From the NCBI GenBank assembly GCA_000708835.1, contig DF237060.1:129787-193786 (forward strand): a DNA stretch of 64,000 nucleotides, given 5' to 3'. This DNA comes from Klebsormidium nitens (Eukaryota; Plantae; Klebsormidiophyceae). Shown in pieces: positions 1 to 13,205 of the stretch. The notes under the pieces are model-generated. The model saw only the letters and a program-made list of their open reading frames with translations. It was not told the origin of the DNA and did no database searches. Numbering within the stretch: the stretch's first letter is position 1; every line of letters starts with the position of its first letter. Position numbers and translations under genes: made by a program.

Positions 1-1237
1 TTCGGTGGTCTTTTGAGGATGCCACAGAGTCGTTGAAATAGCTGGAAACGCAAGGAAATGGCACTCAAGTAACATTGAAGCAGCTTAGAACCGCACAATG
101 TTGGTTTGTGCAGTGATCTCCAAGACGTCAGTGCTGACACCTGTCACGGATCGGATATCGGCCTTCCGTCATATACTCTTCCGTATTTTCAACCTCGATC
201 CGAGAGCGGACTTCTCTCTCTTCCGCCGTTAGCTGGGGACCTTCGGACCGTCCGTCTCCGGCATGGAACAAGGCTGAGGTTCAATTGCTCGATTCTTGGC
301 AGCCTGAGGCTGCGCCAGCCTGCGCGACGGCCGGTCGGGCGGTTTCGGCGCGAGTCTAGGTCGTCCCAATCGTCGGCGCGCAGAGTTTCTTACATTCGGC
401 GGGGCCGAGTCCGTAGGACTTTGATCGCGCGACCTGGCTTCTGGTTAAATCGAACTCGCGGGACGCCTTGTAACCATCGACGCGCTGACGTACGCGTCTG
501 AAAGGTTTCAGGGTTTTGCAAAGATTCACAAGAATGCTAAAGGATGTGACAGTCCTAGTCAGCATAGCAGTCCTCTCTTGAATGACATTCGGAACGGGAC
601 AGGAGGACGGGCCTTGCTCAAGCGAGCGAACTGTACGTCATCAATGCTGGCACATGCAGCCGTCAAAGCGTCGCATGGGGAACATCGAAACTCTCGAAGT
701 CGGGACAAAAGTGAACGCTGCCCCTAACTAATCAAAGCTTTAAGCTCTTTCTGATCTTCTGAAGCACCTTCACCTCCGAGACCAACACAAGTAGTGGCAG
801 AGGTTGTTAATTGGCTGCGTGACGTCTCTCTGTGTGAAGAGTCCACTGGTGTAGAAATGAGCTCACACCGAACCGCCTTAACTAAGAAACGCATCTCATG
901 CACACAGTAATCTAGAGCCTTGCAACGTGTTGGCTGCAATCGAGGAGGGTTTTGGTATGTCTAAGCTGCTATCTGCAGAATCATTGCCGTATCAGATCTG
1001 CCAAAAAAAATAGTTGCCGTGACAGATTGAGGACGGGTCAGTTCAACTTTCAATAAGCTCCTGAAATAGGCGCAGGCTGTGAGCTCTGAATCACAGCCAT
1101 TTGCTGAGTCCTTTGACGCGACTCCAAGCCGTCTGCTCTGGAGCATTCCTGCAAGCGGTTGGGTTGAGGAGGAAGAAGAATTGGGCCGGGGCGATTTGGG
1201 CAGTGGCGAGCGCCGTGATCGATGCAGCAGCGCATGA

Positions 1238-4200
1238 ATGGAAAGAAAAAAGAAACGCAAGGTCCCTTGGGGCTCGGGTATCGACTTAGAGAATTTTGGC
1301 AGCCTCCCCAACACCTCAGCATCAGCGTTTGAAGGAAGGGGCGCGTCCTCCTTTTCGCTTCGACCACGGCTCAGAGAGGAGATCGGGAGCTCCGTCCCAC
1401 AAGACCAGGACAGAGAACAGGAGAGAAGTCACGAGCAGATCTCGAGTGCTGAGCAAGGAACATCCTCAGCAGCACCCATGAGCACAGCACCTCGGGGCAG
1501 TGAAACAGAGGCGGAAAGACTTGCTGCCGCAATCTGGAAGCGAGAGCATCGGACGGGGATAGCAGGCTCAGTTTTGACGGCCATCCAGTTTGCCAAGAGA
1601 TGCATGTCCAGCCTTATCTTCGACCACAAGCAGTGAGTAATGAGGGAATATGTTCTTTTGTCCACACTTGACTGTGGTTATCCCTCAACCGTTTTCTAAG
1701 AATAAACTGTCAATGGTAGACAGCTTTAAACTGTTATCCATCTTCCAAGGTGCGTTTGCTCTTTGCAGTGTGCAACGTGGTATGCGGCAAAGGACACTGC
1801 CTTCAATTGGTCGTCTAACACATGTGTGCCTACCAGATCTGCTCTCTTTTGAGTTGTGACATGATGTGATCATTCGTCCTTGCAGTGAAAAGCAAACGAC
1901 AACCTTTGGCAGAAGCTGCGCCGAAACAGTAACTTCCCTCAAAGTAGCCGAGGACGCTACCCTCAACTCCAGGAAGGTTGGGTCTGTAAATGGGGTTCAA
2001 GGCTCAGGCAAGAGCACAATGGTAAGTAGAAAGGTAACAAATCTCTTTCGAGATGTCTCAGACCCTCACATTGAAAGCAGTGTATTACGTCCACATGGCT
2101 CACAGTCCAAGCTAAAATGGATTGAGAAAGCTTGCTAGTGCAACCCTCTGACCGAGAGCGTCTAATGTTGCCATAGTCAATTCTCAACAGCTTATTAGGC
2201 TCAAAAGCGGCAGCGAATGTGGCATGGGCCGAGGTTCCTTAGTAAACTTGAGCTCGAGGATCTGTTGCCCCTTGGTCTAAATCAGGTGTCCGAGCATGCA
2301 ACTCATTCTGCTCCTTTGGTGATGACAATCTGGATCGAGTCCGGCAAGACAATCTGCCTTCCTACTTCCTCCTCGTGTCCTTTAGAGAGGAGCTGCATAG
2401 GACTTCCTGAAGATTACCTCTCAAAACTTGAGGTGCTCTTAAGTCTCAGACGTGTTCTCTTTGCTTGCAGATGACCAATCTCAGCAGCTGCGAAGATGAA
2501 GAGAGCGTTCCTCAGACCGATGCTGAGGCTGCACATAGCCCCGAGCCGCAGCTGACCATTCGGATCAGTCAAGAGGAGTCCAAGGAGCGATTCCCAAGGA
2601 TCGAAAGCTTTGTGGTGAACAGCTACATAGAAACCTTCGACTTGGGAGATGGGAAGACCTGGGAGAAGGCAGTGGTACTTGAACAGAACGATCTGACGAC
2701 TGGCCAATACACAGTGAGTTGGTAATAACCCGCTGGATGGATGACCAACATAGGACATCTTTCAAAACCGGAATATTCAATCATTGTGACCTGGACCTGG
2801 TACTTCATCTGGACCTGTGAGACGTGAGATCAGCCCTCTAACGCGACGTATCTGCAGTGGATTCTGCCTGGCTTGGAATGATGCTACTCTTTCAGTGTTT
2901 GAATGTAAACCATTCTAGCATGATTAGTGAGCTCAACGCGCTTGGTTACACGAATGCAACAGCCGTTCCCCTTCAAAAGCCTCGAAAGTTACATTGTGTG
3001 TAATTTCGTGAAGCAAAGGTTTGGGGCCTTTGACAACTCACGTCCTTCGCTCGTGCCCTTTCAGATTCGTTATCTAGACGAGGAGAACAAGACAAACCCG
3101 AGCGACCGTACCCAAGTTCGCCTTTGTGTTGATCCACCCAAGCTCCAAAACGGATACTTGCTCGCGAGGCCTTCGTACAGGGTGGCTACGGTAAGTTCAA
3201 GAGAGCATCAGCCGCCGTTACTACGAAATCTTCGCTAGCTCCCAGTTAGTCGGACATCACTTCTCGCCTGTTAAGTCGCCTGGTATAAATGGCTCGTTTC
3301 TGTGCGACTTTTCAAATTTTGGCTGCATAGTCATACTGGGCTTTTGCATCGAGAGCAAATACGGGCTGCTTTTCAGGACGAACGCCCTACGTATAACTGG
3401 TCCAAGGCATCAAGCATCCGAAGCATCCTGTTCCAAGGCTCAAGACATTCAAGTTTCATTCAAGAGGTCATGCCAACAGTGCTTTGTGGAACTGCTCTTT
3501 GATACCCACTCCTAGGTGGCCGTTTCCCGTCGATTTCTGCTTTCATGTTGGAGTAAAGCTCTGCTTTGAGGTCCAGCCGAGATCCTAACCAAGGCTGTCA
3601 CATACTGGTTTGATGCGTTTTCTGATTGCTGCAAAGGACACAAGCCTTTCCTCTCTCTATAGGTAGCGGAAGCAGAGGAGTACTTCGGTAACAAGGAACG
3701 AGAGATGGAGTCCTTTGGAGAGGGCATTCACGCCCTGGGAAACTTCGGAGATTCAAGTCTCGTGCCACTGGAAAAGACCTACACGATGGGAGAGACCAAG
3801 GTGGTGTTGAGGGGATTCAGCAAACGCTTGGTAGCCTATTATATCCATCAGCTCATGGAGGAGAAGTGGATGAACTCAGACGACTACGATACTTCTCAAC
3901 GCGAATTCTCAGCAGCAGAGCTCAAGCGCATCAAGGCCAACGGGGTGGTTGGTCGCAGAATCATTGGCGTTCCGGAGGCCACTCCCATCGAGGACATTCC
4001 GTATGAGACGATATGCTGCTTTCAAGAGCAGGAGAAGGCCATTGGAAAGGCAGGTCGCAATTGGAAAGGCAGGTCGCTTGTTAGAGTTGATATTTTGATA
4101 TTTACTATCAATAAGTTGTGCGCCTAAATGGTGACTTTGGTCAGTTCAGATGCTTTTGCCATTTTTGTTGTAGAGATTTGCCCTTGACACAATTGCAATC

Positions 4201-7200
4201 ATTAGTTAAGGCTGCTCTTTTATATTCTATTTGCTGAAGTGATCAACGAGCGTACTTGTCGAGGCGACTGCGGTTGAAAAGGTTTTGTCAAAATTAATCC
4301 GACTGGGCAGACCCTGTCGAGTCACTGAATATAAGGGAGTACAGCTTCTTTCAATGATTGGATCCAATCATCGGTTGTCATTCTACTGGCTTTCCTATTG
4401 GATAACGAGTTTGACGTAATCCTAACAACGCTGACGACGAACTTGTTGCGGCGCTCCGAGCCATTCATCGCGCAAATGATATTCCGAATCCTTGTATTCC
4501 ATCAGATCCACGAGTACTCCTTCAGCCACGAGGGCCGATCAGAGGACGAGAAGAACTTTCTGTTCCGCAAACTGTGCAAGGAGGTGAAGCTGCTCACCAC
4601 GCAACGTCTCGAAGCGGACTGCATCTTCAATGACCTTTGCGTCCCGCTCTGGCACTCCGTGACGGAAAGCCAGCCGGACTCTTCGTTACCGGGGGTGGTT
4701 ATGATCGACAACCCGGGCGATAACTTTGTATCGGGAACGCACGAACTGGTAAGCTTGCTACGCACATCATTTTAGGAATTGGAGACTGGCAAAAGACTGA
4801 GATCGGTCTGCTTCTTCCTAAGTGTCTACTGTATATGTGGTTGCTATTCCCTACAAAGTTTACCGCAGATCAGACTTGAGACTGCCTTTTGATCAGTGAA
4901 CGTGCACCGGCGGAAAAGCGAAGCTCGCTTCATTAGTCTATGCTACAGATTTGTGTAGAAGCGACTTCCCAATTTTTTGCTCTAATCGAATTTTTCAACC
5001 CCTCCATCATAGATCAAGCCGCAGCCAGATTGCGGTGTTATCACGATCACTGCAACCGCAGGGCGTCACGGTGAAGAGAAGCACGAGGTAAGAAACGACT
5101 CGCCAATACTTCGGGGATCTCCTGCTCGTCATTGATTATGGCCGCTTGGTCTCCCTTAAGTAGAGCTGAGCCCGTCTCCGGAAAAAAGCCGTCTGATGCG
5201 TCGGGTTTGCAATGGTCTGACTTCTACATCTGTACAGTCTCTCACTAGAGGAGTCCGAGTTAGCAGGACTTGTAATGATCAACATGTAGACGTTAGATTG
5301 TTAGGTGGCCCTCTCCCCGACCATTATAGGAGCAGCAACTTGTCATGCGTTAATTCAAGGGCAATATGTCAGCACCGGGTGATGCTTCAAGGCGTTCCCC
5401 TTATTCCCCGTGAAGCCTAAGCTGGAATCTGATCTTCTTGACTGGCTCTCTTTGTTGAAGGGCGCTTACAAGCAGGCCACAGAGCTGCTTTTCCGAGGGG
5501 AGCTCAAACACCATCGTCAGTCTCCAAACGGACGCATCGACTTCGACCTAGCTCCAGAGGCGGAAGTGGCCTTGGTTTTCAACGCTGACAAAGAGTGGGA
5601 CAACGTTCGGTCTCAAGGGATTTGCATTGGCGTTTTTGAAGAATGGTAAAGCTTTGATCTTTCCTTCTAGCAACAATCGCTTGATTCCGTAGAATGTTTT
5701 GGAGTAGTCATCGCCTCGCCTGACTTCTTGGTCTTTGTTGTAAAATCGCGATGCAGATTTCAGAAAATCAGAATAGATTTCTTGGCTGGCTCCTCTAATT
5801 TTGGTCATGTTGGAGTACTAACGTTTGAATCCACTTTATTGCCTTTCTGCTGCATACGTTGTCGGTTGCGTTCTATCCTACCAAATCACGCTTCTGGAAA
5901 TTTACCACATGGGATTGCCTCTGTAAAATCTGTGCGGCTTGTTTCACGTCTCACAGGTATGCGGCGTGCCAGGAGACGGGGAAGAAACTTGGTCCCGAAA
6001 CTCAGCTAGGCAAAGAGTACCTGAAGGTCCGGAATCGAGTCGATGCGCTCAAGAAGACGCGAACCTCCGAGCTACGGGACTTCGCCGTCAAATACCTGCA
6101 GCGGGAACTTGGGATACCGAGGGACCTTGCTCGACAGCTGGTCAAGAAACGGATGGAGGAGGCCTTCCAAATGTACGCTGTATGCCTGCGCTACGGCCGT
6201 AAGAGGGACCACTACGACGGCCACGGATCCCCGGGGGTGAGTCAAGCGGTCATTTGATGATGTGGGGATCCTTACCCAACTTGCTCACGATCTCTAATTC
6301 TCTCAAAAGTGCATGTAGCTCTGTCTTCTCGACACCCATCACTCCAACGGAGGACCCTCAACTCCAACTCCAGCTCGAGTGCATACTAACTCTCCCTGTT
6401 ACTGGTGTGTTTATTCAGCTCTTACGTTTCATCCGGAAAATTCTGGCCCCTCAACTCATTGCGAGGCTACATCGTGGTGCTATTCGTTGAAACAAGTCGC
6501 GAGTGTTTGCTGGGTTCTGGCCTCGAACTTCCGGATCAAAGTCGTAATGAACGAAAGCGCCCTACTCGACTATGTTCCAAAACGCCATATCCATTCATCC
6601 GTTCCAGGAGCCGCGCATGGCACCGGAGGACGTCGGAATGGACGCGCTGACGAACTTCATAAAAAAGCCACCCCTCAGCCATCGGCCCTTGAAACCCGTG
6701 ATCGTCGAGGCTTCGGCGCTGCTATCTCAAGGACAAGCAGTCCTGGAAGGGGAGCTTGGGGTGTTCCGGCTGCAGTACGGCGGCCGGTCGGACGCCGACG
6801 TCCGCCAGGCCCTCGACGGACCAGTGCAAGCGGCTCTGAACAGCTTCACGGAGGAGATGGCCCTAGTGTCCATTCTCGAAAATCATGCCAAGAGGGAGAT
6901 GCGGGAGAATTTGGAGGCTCGAGGGAAGAGGTGCACCAAGGAAGTGGCAGCGGAGCAGGTAAGGGCTGCTTTTCACAAGGGAACGGTGTTGGTTGGCACG
7001 AGGTTGAAAACTCAGCGATTTACGTCAGAATTCCTGATCTGAATACTGGCTTGGGCATGTCAGCTGACAGCTTTGAAGCTTTCAAGATTGCATGTATGCA
7101 AGACTCGAGCTGTTACGGGTTTCGAACTACGGGCCACATGCCTTGTAGTCGATTCCTCCTGCATAGGGATTCAAGCAAGAGCAAGTTGATCTGCGGATTG

Positions 7201-10200
7201 TTTATCCCTGAGCAAACGATGTCGTCACTTCTTAATAGACTTCGTTCCTGAGTGGCAGAAGAAGAATTATATGCAGTGGGCAGGAGGGTGGGCCCTTCTC
7301 CGTTGAATGGAAGCCTTCTTAATTGGGCCAAAGCGCCTCTGCATAGCACTGCAAGCCTAACAGATTCCCCCCTTGCTTTGGGACAGATTCTTTCGAAGCT
7401 GGTCGACCCCGAGGTTTTGGAGTCTGACCCCACTCTAAAAGCAAGGGTCGGCAAAAAAGCCCTGAGCGACTTCCCACCCCAGATCCTGGCCGCGCACAAA
7501 GAGCAGCTCACTGATCTGCTGACAGACGGAGATTTTGAGGGGGAGTCGGGGGTCTATTCTGCGCTGGACCTTTTCCTACATCCGATCTTTGGAGTCCCCG
7601 AGCGGGTGGGCCTCAACGACATAGCCATACCCACCAGCTTGGTGACCACGTCATTAGGCCTCACCCAAAGGGACATTCCCGAGGGTGCGACCGAGCTCGG
7701 CGGCACCCTCCACGAGATACAGCGGGCGTATCGGCGGGTGGAGCGTACGATTCTTGAACAGCTAGATCTGGTAAAGGATCAACTACTGGACGATGTGTAC
7801 AAGAGAGCGAAGCAGCTGGTTGAGGTGAGGATACATATCTATCATTGGATAATTAGAAGGAAAAAAGTAATCTACCAGCAATTATATGTCTCTTCCTTCG
7901 GACAATTTTTGTCGAATTTCGAGTTTTCTCTCATGGGCTTCTTTTGATCTCATGCTGCATTTGATTCTGTCGGGTTTTATGTTTCAAAACCATGAAAAGC
8001 CCTGAAAGAACCAGATTTTTACTGGGCACTAAACATCTCAAGACAATATCTCGTGTTTCTTGTTAGCACTTGATAATACCTGCATCGAAGCATACATATC
8101 AAGTAAAAGATTGTTTCTGCATAGCGCTTGGTCTTACAAGAATCGGACTGTCGCAAGCTTGAAGCTTGCGCTTGAACGATTGCGCGTCCATGAGCTGACT
8201 TATTAACGTGTCGTCCTTCTGAGCTCTTACCTTTCTTGAGGAACGCCATCAACTTTAATATTAACGTGTACAAGATGACCGGTAGCGCTTGGAAAACATT
8301 TACGTTGCAAAATGTGACAGGGAAGTTTGACTAGGGCGCTAGGTTCGCATCACTGTTTCCGTCCTCACAAAATGAAGGATGTGCCATTTTTTGGTCGCTA
8401 CTGACAGGTACTCGAGATCTGCCAGCGTAGCGAGCCGGAAAGTCAATTCGAAGTCAGCCGTAGCAGGCACGTGGACTCCTACCGTTGCTTCAACGCCCTC
8501 AGTTACAAATCGTTTCAGGAAAAGCATGGTCTATCCGAGGTCCGATGCGTTTGGATTGTTTATCAAAAATATGAGGATTCATTCCTTATCTAATTAGTTC
8601 GCCAACCTGCAGGCTGAGATGCTCGTCCTTGACGTTCACGCGAGCGGCATCCTTCGTTCGCAGACCGTCCCCGACCTGGATGCAACGTGTTACATGGCGT
8701 CACTCTTCGATCACCGCAGCTTGGGGGTGAAGACCTTCTGGCTAAGGTTACACTTAGCAGTCTCCACGAGCGGCTCGTTTCTGAGTCGCCTTCGCGCCGT
8801 CGAACAGCACCTTCCAAACCTGGTGAAGGGCGTCATCAGGGGAGTCGAGCATCAGCTTGGCAAGGACTGCCGCGCCTGGGAACAAGCAGCCCGAAGGAAG
8901 GTTGAGGCTGCTGTAAATTCCGCCTGCGCCAACCTGCGTTCCAGCAGCAGGCAGCTGCCCCGGTCCGACGAGGACTGCGCCAAACAGTTTCCGAGGGTGC
9001 TCCGGGCGATCAATGTGCACTGCGCGCTGCGCAGCTGCGAGCCAGTCCTGCAACGCTTGAAAAACCTGTTGCCCTCTATGGCCGGAGGTGACGCGCATAA
9101 CCCCCTCACATTTCTGGAACTGAGTCCCGAGGACTTGGTGAGCTCAGTGCAGTCGATTGAGCGTGATGTCGCTCTCCTCACAGAACCGGATCCGGCCCAG
9201 TCGATCCTAGACGACATCCGCCTCTTGGAAGCATGCAAGCGCGCGGTTGCTGGCGGTCCAGGGAGGGCCCCGAAGTTCAGCGAAGCTCTCAGCGCGGCCG
9301 AAACTGGAAACCCGTCTAGCTGGTTTGACGGAACTCACGAGGGGATTCCCATGTCCGATCCGGAGTGCGTAGCGCGGGTGAAGCTCTACTCCTTAGCCTT
9401 CGAGGATGACCAGCTGCGAAGGGCCATTAACATCCTGAAGCTGGTGGTTAGAAAGCGGTTTTATGACAAGTGGGTGGAGCAAAACAAGCCGAAGGAGGGC
9501 TTTGTGGTCACCACAGTCCCAGGCCAAGGAGGTTATGCAGCTACTGGCGATCCAAGGAAGACGGAGGTCGTGTTCCAGGCGAGGCTTGTCGCCCTTGCGG
9601 TGAGAAAATGCCGTTTCGTTGGTTCGTTCTATCATGCCTCTTGCTTGACTCGGATCGTGCGCGTGCCTTCCTGCAAAGCTCTTTCTAATTGAGCACTTGC
9701 AACAATTCTTTGCGCGCTTCGTGGTTCGTGCACGCATCATTGCGCGCTTCTAAGTGCAGTTCCCACGAGAGTCCCTGGGTATTCGACAATCAACGGGCTT
9801 TAGTCCTCAAATGCAATTTCTAAGTAAGCTCCTGCTGCTTTGGGGTTCCAAAAGTTGGCACTGTTCCTTGTGATACTTGACTTGGTCGCCTAACTTCTTC
9901 CGTCCAACTCTTGTTAGATGGACACAGATTGGAACTAGGTAATTGTTTCATCCGTATCCTAACGGATCATTACCACAAAAAGACTTCCGTTTCGACTCTC
10001 TACAGTGCTGGAAAGAAGCCGAAGGCGTTGAGAGGGAGCGCGCAGAGCACCTGGGCAAGAAAGTTTACCCGCTACTGGAGAAGCAAATGGAACGGGTAGC
10101 AGGTGAGATTCTCATCTGCGATACACTGCATCCGAAGGCCGGCATCTGGAAAGTGTGTTTTACCTTCTACGAATTTCAATTCATGTCTTGAAAAGCTTTC

Positions 10201-13200
10201 CTGAGTATGAAGAGGGGAAGCATTTTCAACTTATAAGGTCGGTTTTGGGTATAATCCTTGTCGACATCAACAACTGACACGCCGTTAGAATCCAATTAAT
10301 CACGACCTCTACTGATTTCCTCGCGGCTGGCTCGGTTAACCATAAACTCTGGCCATACTCTAGTCCCTAAGCTTTGAACAGAAGACTTCTGCCGTCAACT
10401 TAGAAGGTGCCGTTTCAAAGGTCACGATTCCAGTAGGTGTCCTCATCATCAATCGATTACGGTGAAGGATGCTTCCGTCATAAGCTGTCTTTTTTTCTGA
10501 ACTACGGAGCCATTTCGTGGCTTCACTGCAGAGAAGAGGGGCTGGAGCTTGGAAGATGTGGGCTGGATCGAGGAGTCACACGTGCAATTGTGGTTGCGAG
10601 AGTACCTGGGTGTTCATGAGAACCTGGACGTGGCGTGGACCAAGATCTTCAAGGACCGGGTGAGAGATGAGTCCTCTTATACACGCTTGCGGACAAGCTA
10701 GCCCAGGGCTCGCCGCGGCGACCGGTTTTCAGAAAGGAGACAAGGCAACGTTTGGTGGCGCTTTTACACCATCTGTACCAGGATATCGGTCCTCAGTTTA
10801 CGATGTGGTTGGGTCGTACCCCTGTGCTTCAGACGCTGTCGTCAGTTCGAGTACTGGAACGGGTCAACATCAATGAAAGATGTTTTTTTCCTGTCACAAT
10901 TTGTCTAGGTGCCGGAGGGAGTGCGGTTCGAGCCATCCGAGTCGAAAAAGAGGACTGCCTACGGATTGCCTAAAAGCAGGGGCGCATCGGGTGCCAGCTC
11001 CAGTGCTAGCTCTGAGCATCTTGTTTGCGGCAAGTACGCAGCCGATTCGGACCCGAAAAGTGAGCACCGTTTTCTTTGCGTCTCAGCATGACTCTGCTCT
11101 AGCACGCAGTAGAAGCTCGCAAGAACACCCTATCTGACCAGGTCCCTGGATAAAAGTGCCCTGGCTTAATTGGCTCAGTTCGTTGTCGATCCCTTCAAAG
11201 GGTCATAAAATCCCTTAGATGACGCCATCTCAATTGGTGTTCGAGCTGCTGACGTCATCTGATGTTGATGGGTCCGCTCCTTGCTGAATACAGCTTGGAA
11301 GAGGGAGGCTTGCGAGGACTTCAAAACGGACCTGCTTGTAAAGCATGGAGCAACTACCAGGAGAGGTGAGGCTTCTGATATAGAGCAGCTCATCTTGTCA
11401 ATTATGGTTATGCAAGATTCGAGTGCGAAACAGAGCGGAGAACCCTGAGAGGTCGCATGCAGTCTCCTTCATTCCTTCAAGGGGCTCCAAAACTTTTTGC
11501 GCTGTTTTAGACGGAGAAGCTCTTACAGACTGATCAAAAAGCCTCAATTCTTCCTCGAAAGACCGGGGTGCGGACCTTTCAATCTTGACATATCACGAAT
11601 TGTTTCTTGACCCCGCGGACGAGCCACCCTGCGCAAGGTAGACTGACTCACAAGCACACAAGCAAACCCAGTTGGGCTGTGTACGAGGCTTGAGGTCAGC
11701 GACTAAGTTTGCCTACATTGAACCGCAGCGATGACTTGCTTTTACAGAAAACGGACATTATTACATCCAATTGCCAACAAGACAAGGGCAGCTGTCCAGT
11801 CTCAAAGCGGTGAGCCTCAATCTTTGACAAGAGATTCTGTCTTTCAGTTGCGATCGTAATGTCAACAGGGGCGTTCAACGACTGCAGGGTCCTTTTTGAG
11901 AAGATGGTCCGAGTTTGCATCCCATCGTTTTGGGTCCTAGATTTTGCGACTTCAACTGCATTTACTAAGATTGCCTTCATGTTTCGAATTTTTGGTTGCT
12001 GCTGGATTTATTTGCTTTGCAATTGCTAAAGACCGAGTAAGAATTCTCTGGGTCTGAGGCATCTTGACTGTCATTCCTTAAATCGAGTATGTCAACATCG
12101 AGACGGTATTTATGTCATGAGGCCATCCGATTGCAGGCTCTTCAGGAGGCTGAACGGCGAGAGAAGGCTGGAGCTGTCTCGGTAAGAGTAATTCTTTTTC
12201 AACGAAGCAGCACAGTCAAGCCTGGCAGGTTCATTGCTGGGCATGGGAGATCATTCTTGAAATGTTTGACTTCCGAAGTCACCTTCTCGATGATACTTTT
12301 CTTTTTCTCCGGTTTCGTCACTCAATCCCTGCCCTTAAGTCAATCATGAACCAGTCGCTCGACGTTCCTTAATGCTAAGTCTGTGAGACGGCTTGCTGAA
12401 TGCATTCCAGGGGCTCTACTTCGAGTTCATTCTACTGAGCACAGTTTGATTCAGAACAAACGATGTAAGCTGCTATTTCTGCGTCGAACTAATCTGGCTC
12501 GACGGGTATGCTTTCTATGCTCAGGGCCAGCAATGCACTGTTTGCTTGGCGCGCTTTGCGTCGGAAAAGCTGTACCAGCACCCCCACTTCAACGTTCCCA
12601 TCTGCGAGAGCTGCTTGGGGGCCTTCTGGAAAACGGAGAGTGGTCAGGAGGCGGCCTCGAAGTTTCAGTGCGAAGACGTAAGAGTCATGGCCACCATTAA
12701 CATCTGGCAAAGCCGTCAAATTTTTGTTTGCAATGCCTCAAAAGTCAAGCCAGCTAGAAGTGCAGACGAGATCTTGTGCATACGTTAGGCTTGGTTACAA
12801 GACCATCTCTCCTCGCTTGAAACATAGAAGCCTGGAGTAATTCTCATGAAGAAGAACGGTATAAGCTGCGGGCTTGCTGTTTGCTTCCCGGATTTACATT
12901 GTCAAGCCCTCAAAGACGCCTTGTTTTTGAAGATGTTGCAGAAGGATGGCATTGGGGACTTCTGTTCCTGGTGCGGCGCTGATGGCAGGTGCCCAGCGAA
13001 GGACACGGAGAGACACCAGGCATGCAACAAGTGCAGCAAGGCCTATTGCAACGGCTGCCTGATGCGGCTGTTCGGAAAATTCATTAAGAAGGACATCGTA
13101 CCCCGGGAGTGGCACTGCCCGGCGTGCTTGCGGGACGAAGGCAGCACCAGGATTGATTACTGGGTGAAGAAGGGCAGCTCACTGAGGGTCGCTCCCAAGC

Positions 13201-13205
13201 CTTAA
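1238..13205 (+). CDS. Large multi-exon gene: putative nuclear dynamin-like (NUGGC/SLIP-GC-like) P-loop GTPase with Tudor/Agenet-like insert and C-terminal ADD zinc finger
   Basis: Hand-spliced, phase-consistent exons: 1238-1632, 1973-2021, 2471-2713, 3065-3190, 3663-4049 (GC donor), 4506-4748, 5013-5087, 5392(or 5416)-5645, 5957-6236, 6608-6958, 7387-7824, 8613-9599, 10006-10102, 10532-10659, 10909-11059, 11294-11365, 11562-11637, 12032-12181, 12455-12464, 12525-12677, 12942-13205. Sum 4929 nt, ~1,640 aa. Starts MERKKKRKV (SV40-like NLS). G1 KVGSVNGVQGSGKSTM (1992-2018); G3-like VVMIDNPG (4707-4718); ADD Cys pattern at 12534-13127. Possible extra exon in 2022-2470; exons between 11.3 and 12.5 kb are less certain. 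Confidence 0.7.
2591..3172 (+). other. Tudor/Agenet-like domain (split over two exons) inside the GTPase fold of the 1238-13205 gene
   Basis: Spliced translation FPRIESFVVNSYIETFDLGDGKTWEKAVVLEQNDLTTGQYT|IRYLDEENKTNPSDRTQVRLCVDPPKLQNGYLLARP follows the Agenet/Tudor pattern (E..DG..W..A.V....g.Y.I.Y.D....e.v......RP). Recognised by eye, no HMM run. Confidence 0.55.
12534..13127 (+). other. ADD (ATRX-DNMT3-DNMT3L) domain: GATA-like finger plus PHD finger
   Basis: CTVC...LYQHPHFNVPICESC...|KDGIGDFCSWCG...ACNKCSKAYCNGCLMRLFG...EWHCPAC reproduces the ATRX ADD spacing (CTAC...YRHP.L.V.IC..C...DG.DE.C.WC....CD.C..AFC..C..R..G...W.C..C). Confidence 0.85.

Noticed and set aside
100-600. Possible 5' exon of a divergent minus-strand gene
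   Set aside because: Short GC-rich frames with no recognisable motif or clear splice chain.
6379-7251. 290-aa ORF from the track
   Set aside because: Alternative frame over the real exon 6608-6958 and intronic sequence.
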